From Phyllobates terribilis (taxonomy: Eukaryota), in assembly GCF_046119375.1 (NCBI RefSeq), contig NW_027362772.1, positions 78,864,001-78,928,000 on the forward strand: 64,000 nucleotides of DNA. The letters are read 5' to 3'. The notes under the pieces were generated by a model. It was not told where the DNA came from. It did not search any database and saw nothing but the letters and a program-made list of their open reading frames with translations. This document shows, one piece after another, positions 62,851 through 64,000 of the stretch; within the stretch, counting starts at the first letter, position 1; every line of letters starts with the position of its first letter. The translations under genes and the position numbers were made by a program.

Positions 62851-64000
62851 TGTAACGGGTCTGGGAGGCGGAACCTCTGAGCAACTATACAAGGGGGCGA
62901 TCCTTGTAAGGAAGCGGGTGGTGACCAGGGAAGACGGGCAGGTAGTCACAGCAGGTGACCGGGACAGTCTCTGGGTAACGGGCAGGAGGTCACGGAAAGT
63001 GACCGGAACAGTCTCTGGGTAAACGGGCAGGAGGTCACAGCAAGTGACCGGGGCAGTCTCTGGGTAAACGGGCAGGAGGTCACAGCAAGTGACCGGGGCA
63101 GTCTCTGGGTGAACGGGCAGGAGGTCACAGCAAGTGACCGGGACAGTCTCTGGGTATAGGGTTGGTACGACCTGTGACGGCTGAGCCTCCAGGTAGGCTA
63201 GCAGGCGGATGGCAGGTGTGTGCTCCCAGGTGAGCAGGCGAGAGTCTCTGGATAAGCAGGTGGTCACAGCATGTGACGGCGGAGCCTCCAGGTAGGCTAA
63301 CAGGCGGATGGCAGGTGTGTGCTCCCAGGTGAGCAGGCGAGAGTCTCTGGATAAGCAGGTGGTCACAGCATGTGACGACGGAGCCTCCAGGTAGGCTAAC
63401 AGGCAGATGCAGATGAGTGCTCCCAGGTGAGCAGGCGAGAGTCTCTGGATAAGCAGGTGGTCACAGCATGTGACGGCGGAGCCTCCAGGCAGGCTAACTG
63501 GCAGGTAGCAGATGAGCGCTCCCAGGTGAGCAGGCAAGAGTCTCTGGACTGGCAGATGGTCACAGCACGTGACGGCGGAGCCTCCAGGTAGGCTAACAGA
63601 CAGGTAGCAGGTGAGCGCTCCCAGGTGAGCGGGCAAGCTGGTCCATAGACAGACTGACAGGTGTCGGAAGGCAGACCGTCGGACCTCAGGCTAGCAAGCA
63701 GGAAAGCGGATGACAGGCAGGAATCAGGCAGCAAACTGGCAGGAAACTGGCAGGTAACTGGCAGGTAACAGGCAACGGGACCTGAGGGCTGAAGCAGAGT
63801 AGTGAACAGTGCAACAACATTGCTCGGGCACCTCCATTTTGGAGGAGGTGCCTTATATATGGTGAAGTCCTCCGGCCATTGGCCGGGGACTCCTTAGGAC
63901 GGCGCGCGCGGCCCATTTAAGAGGGGGGAGCGCGCGCGCCCTAAGCACCGTGGCCGGGAAGGAGCGCGCGCTGCCAGCAGAGCGGGAGGAGGACGCCGGG
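62851..64000 (-). mobile_element. Second LTR (reverse orientation, runs off window), with internal 45-bp and 99-bp repeats
   Basis: Terminus TGTAAC (..GTTACA on the - strand), TATATAA on the - strand at 63859-63853, GC-rich U3-like sequence beyond; 45-bp x4 (62980-63150) and 99-bp x~5 (63180-63640). Confidence 0.6.

Overview
Vertebrate genomic DNA, most likely from a frog (inferred from the repeat families, not proven). Two intact protein-coding genes lie tail-to-tail. NUCB1 (nucleobindin-1, + strand) has a non-coding exon 1 ending at 26456 and 12 coding exons at 31366-42466 (460 aa). PPP1R15A/GADD34 (- strand) has a uORF-bearing exon 1 at ~50050-50304 and CDS exons 48732-47650 and 46749-46522 (436 aa); its KVRF PP1-binding motif is split across the intron. 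The rest is dense repeat: two tandem Tc1 elements nested in a minisatellite inside an hAT-type element, and a full-length CR1 LINE (intact ORF2; ORF1 killed by a frameshift, a stop and a Harbinger MITE) inserted in a ~6 kb satellite abutting the GADD34 promoter. There is also an LTR element with a tRNA-Ile primer-binding site interrupted by a second LTR, many MITEs, several minisatellites (three unrelated ones of 39 bp) and degenerate hammerhead-like motifs. The most interesting candidates are an unusual overlapping-uORF leader and a CReP-like motif in GADD34, a triplicated bZIP/YY1 promoter module at NUCB1, and a possible decayed transmembrane-protein gene upstream of and divergent from NUCB1. 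Most long ORFs in the supplied track are artefacts of tandem repeats. No prokaryotic-type system (CRISPR etc.) is present.
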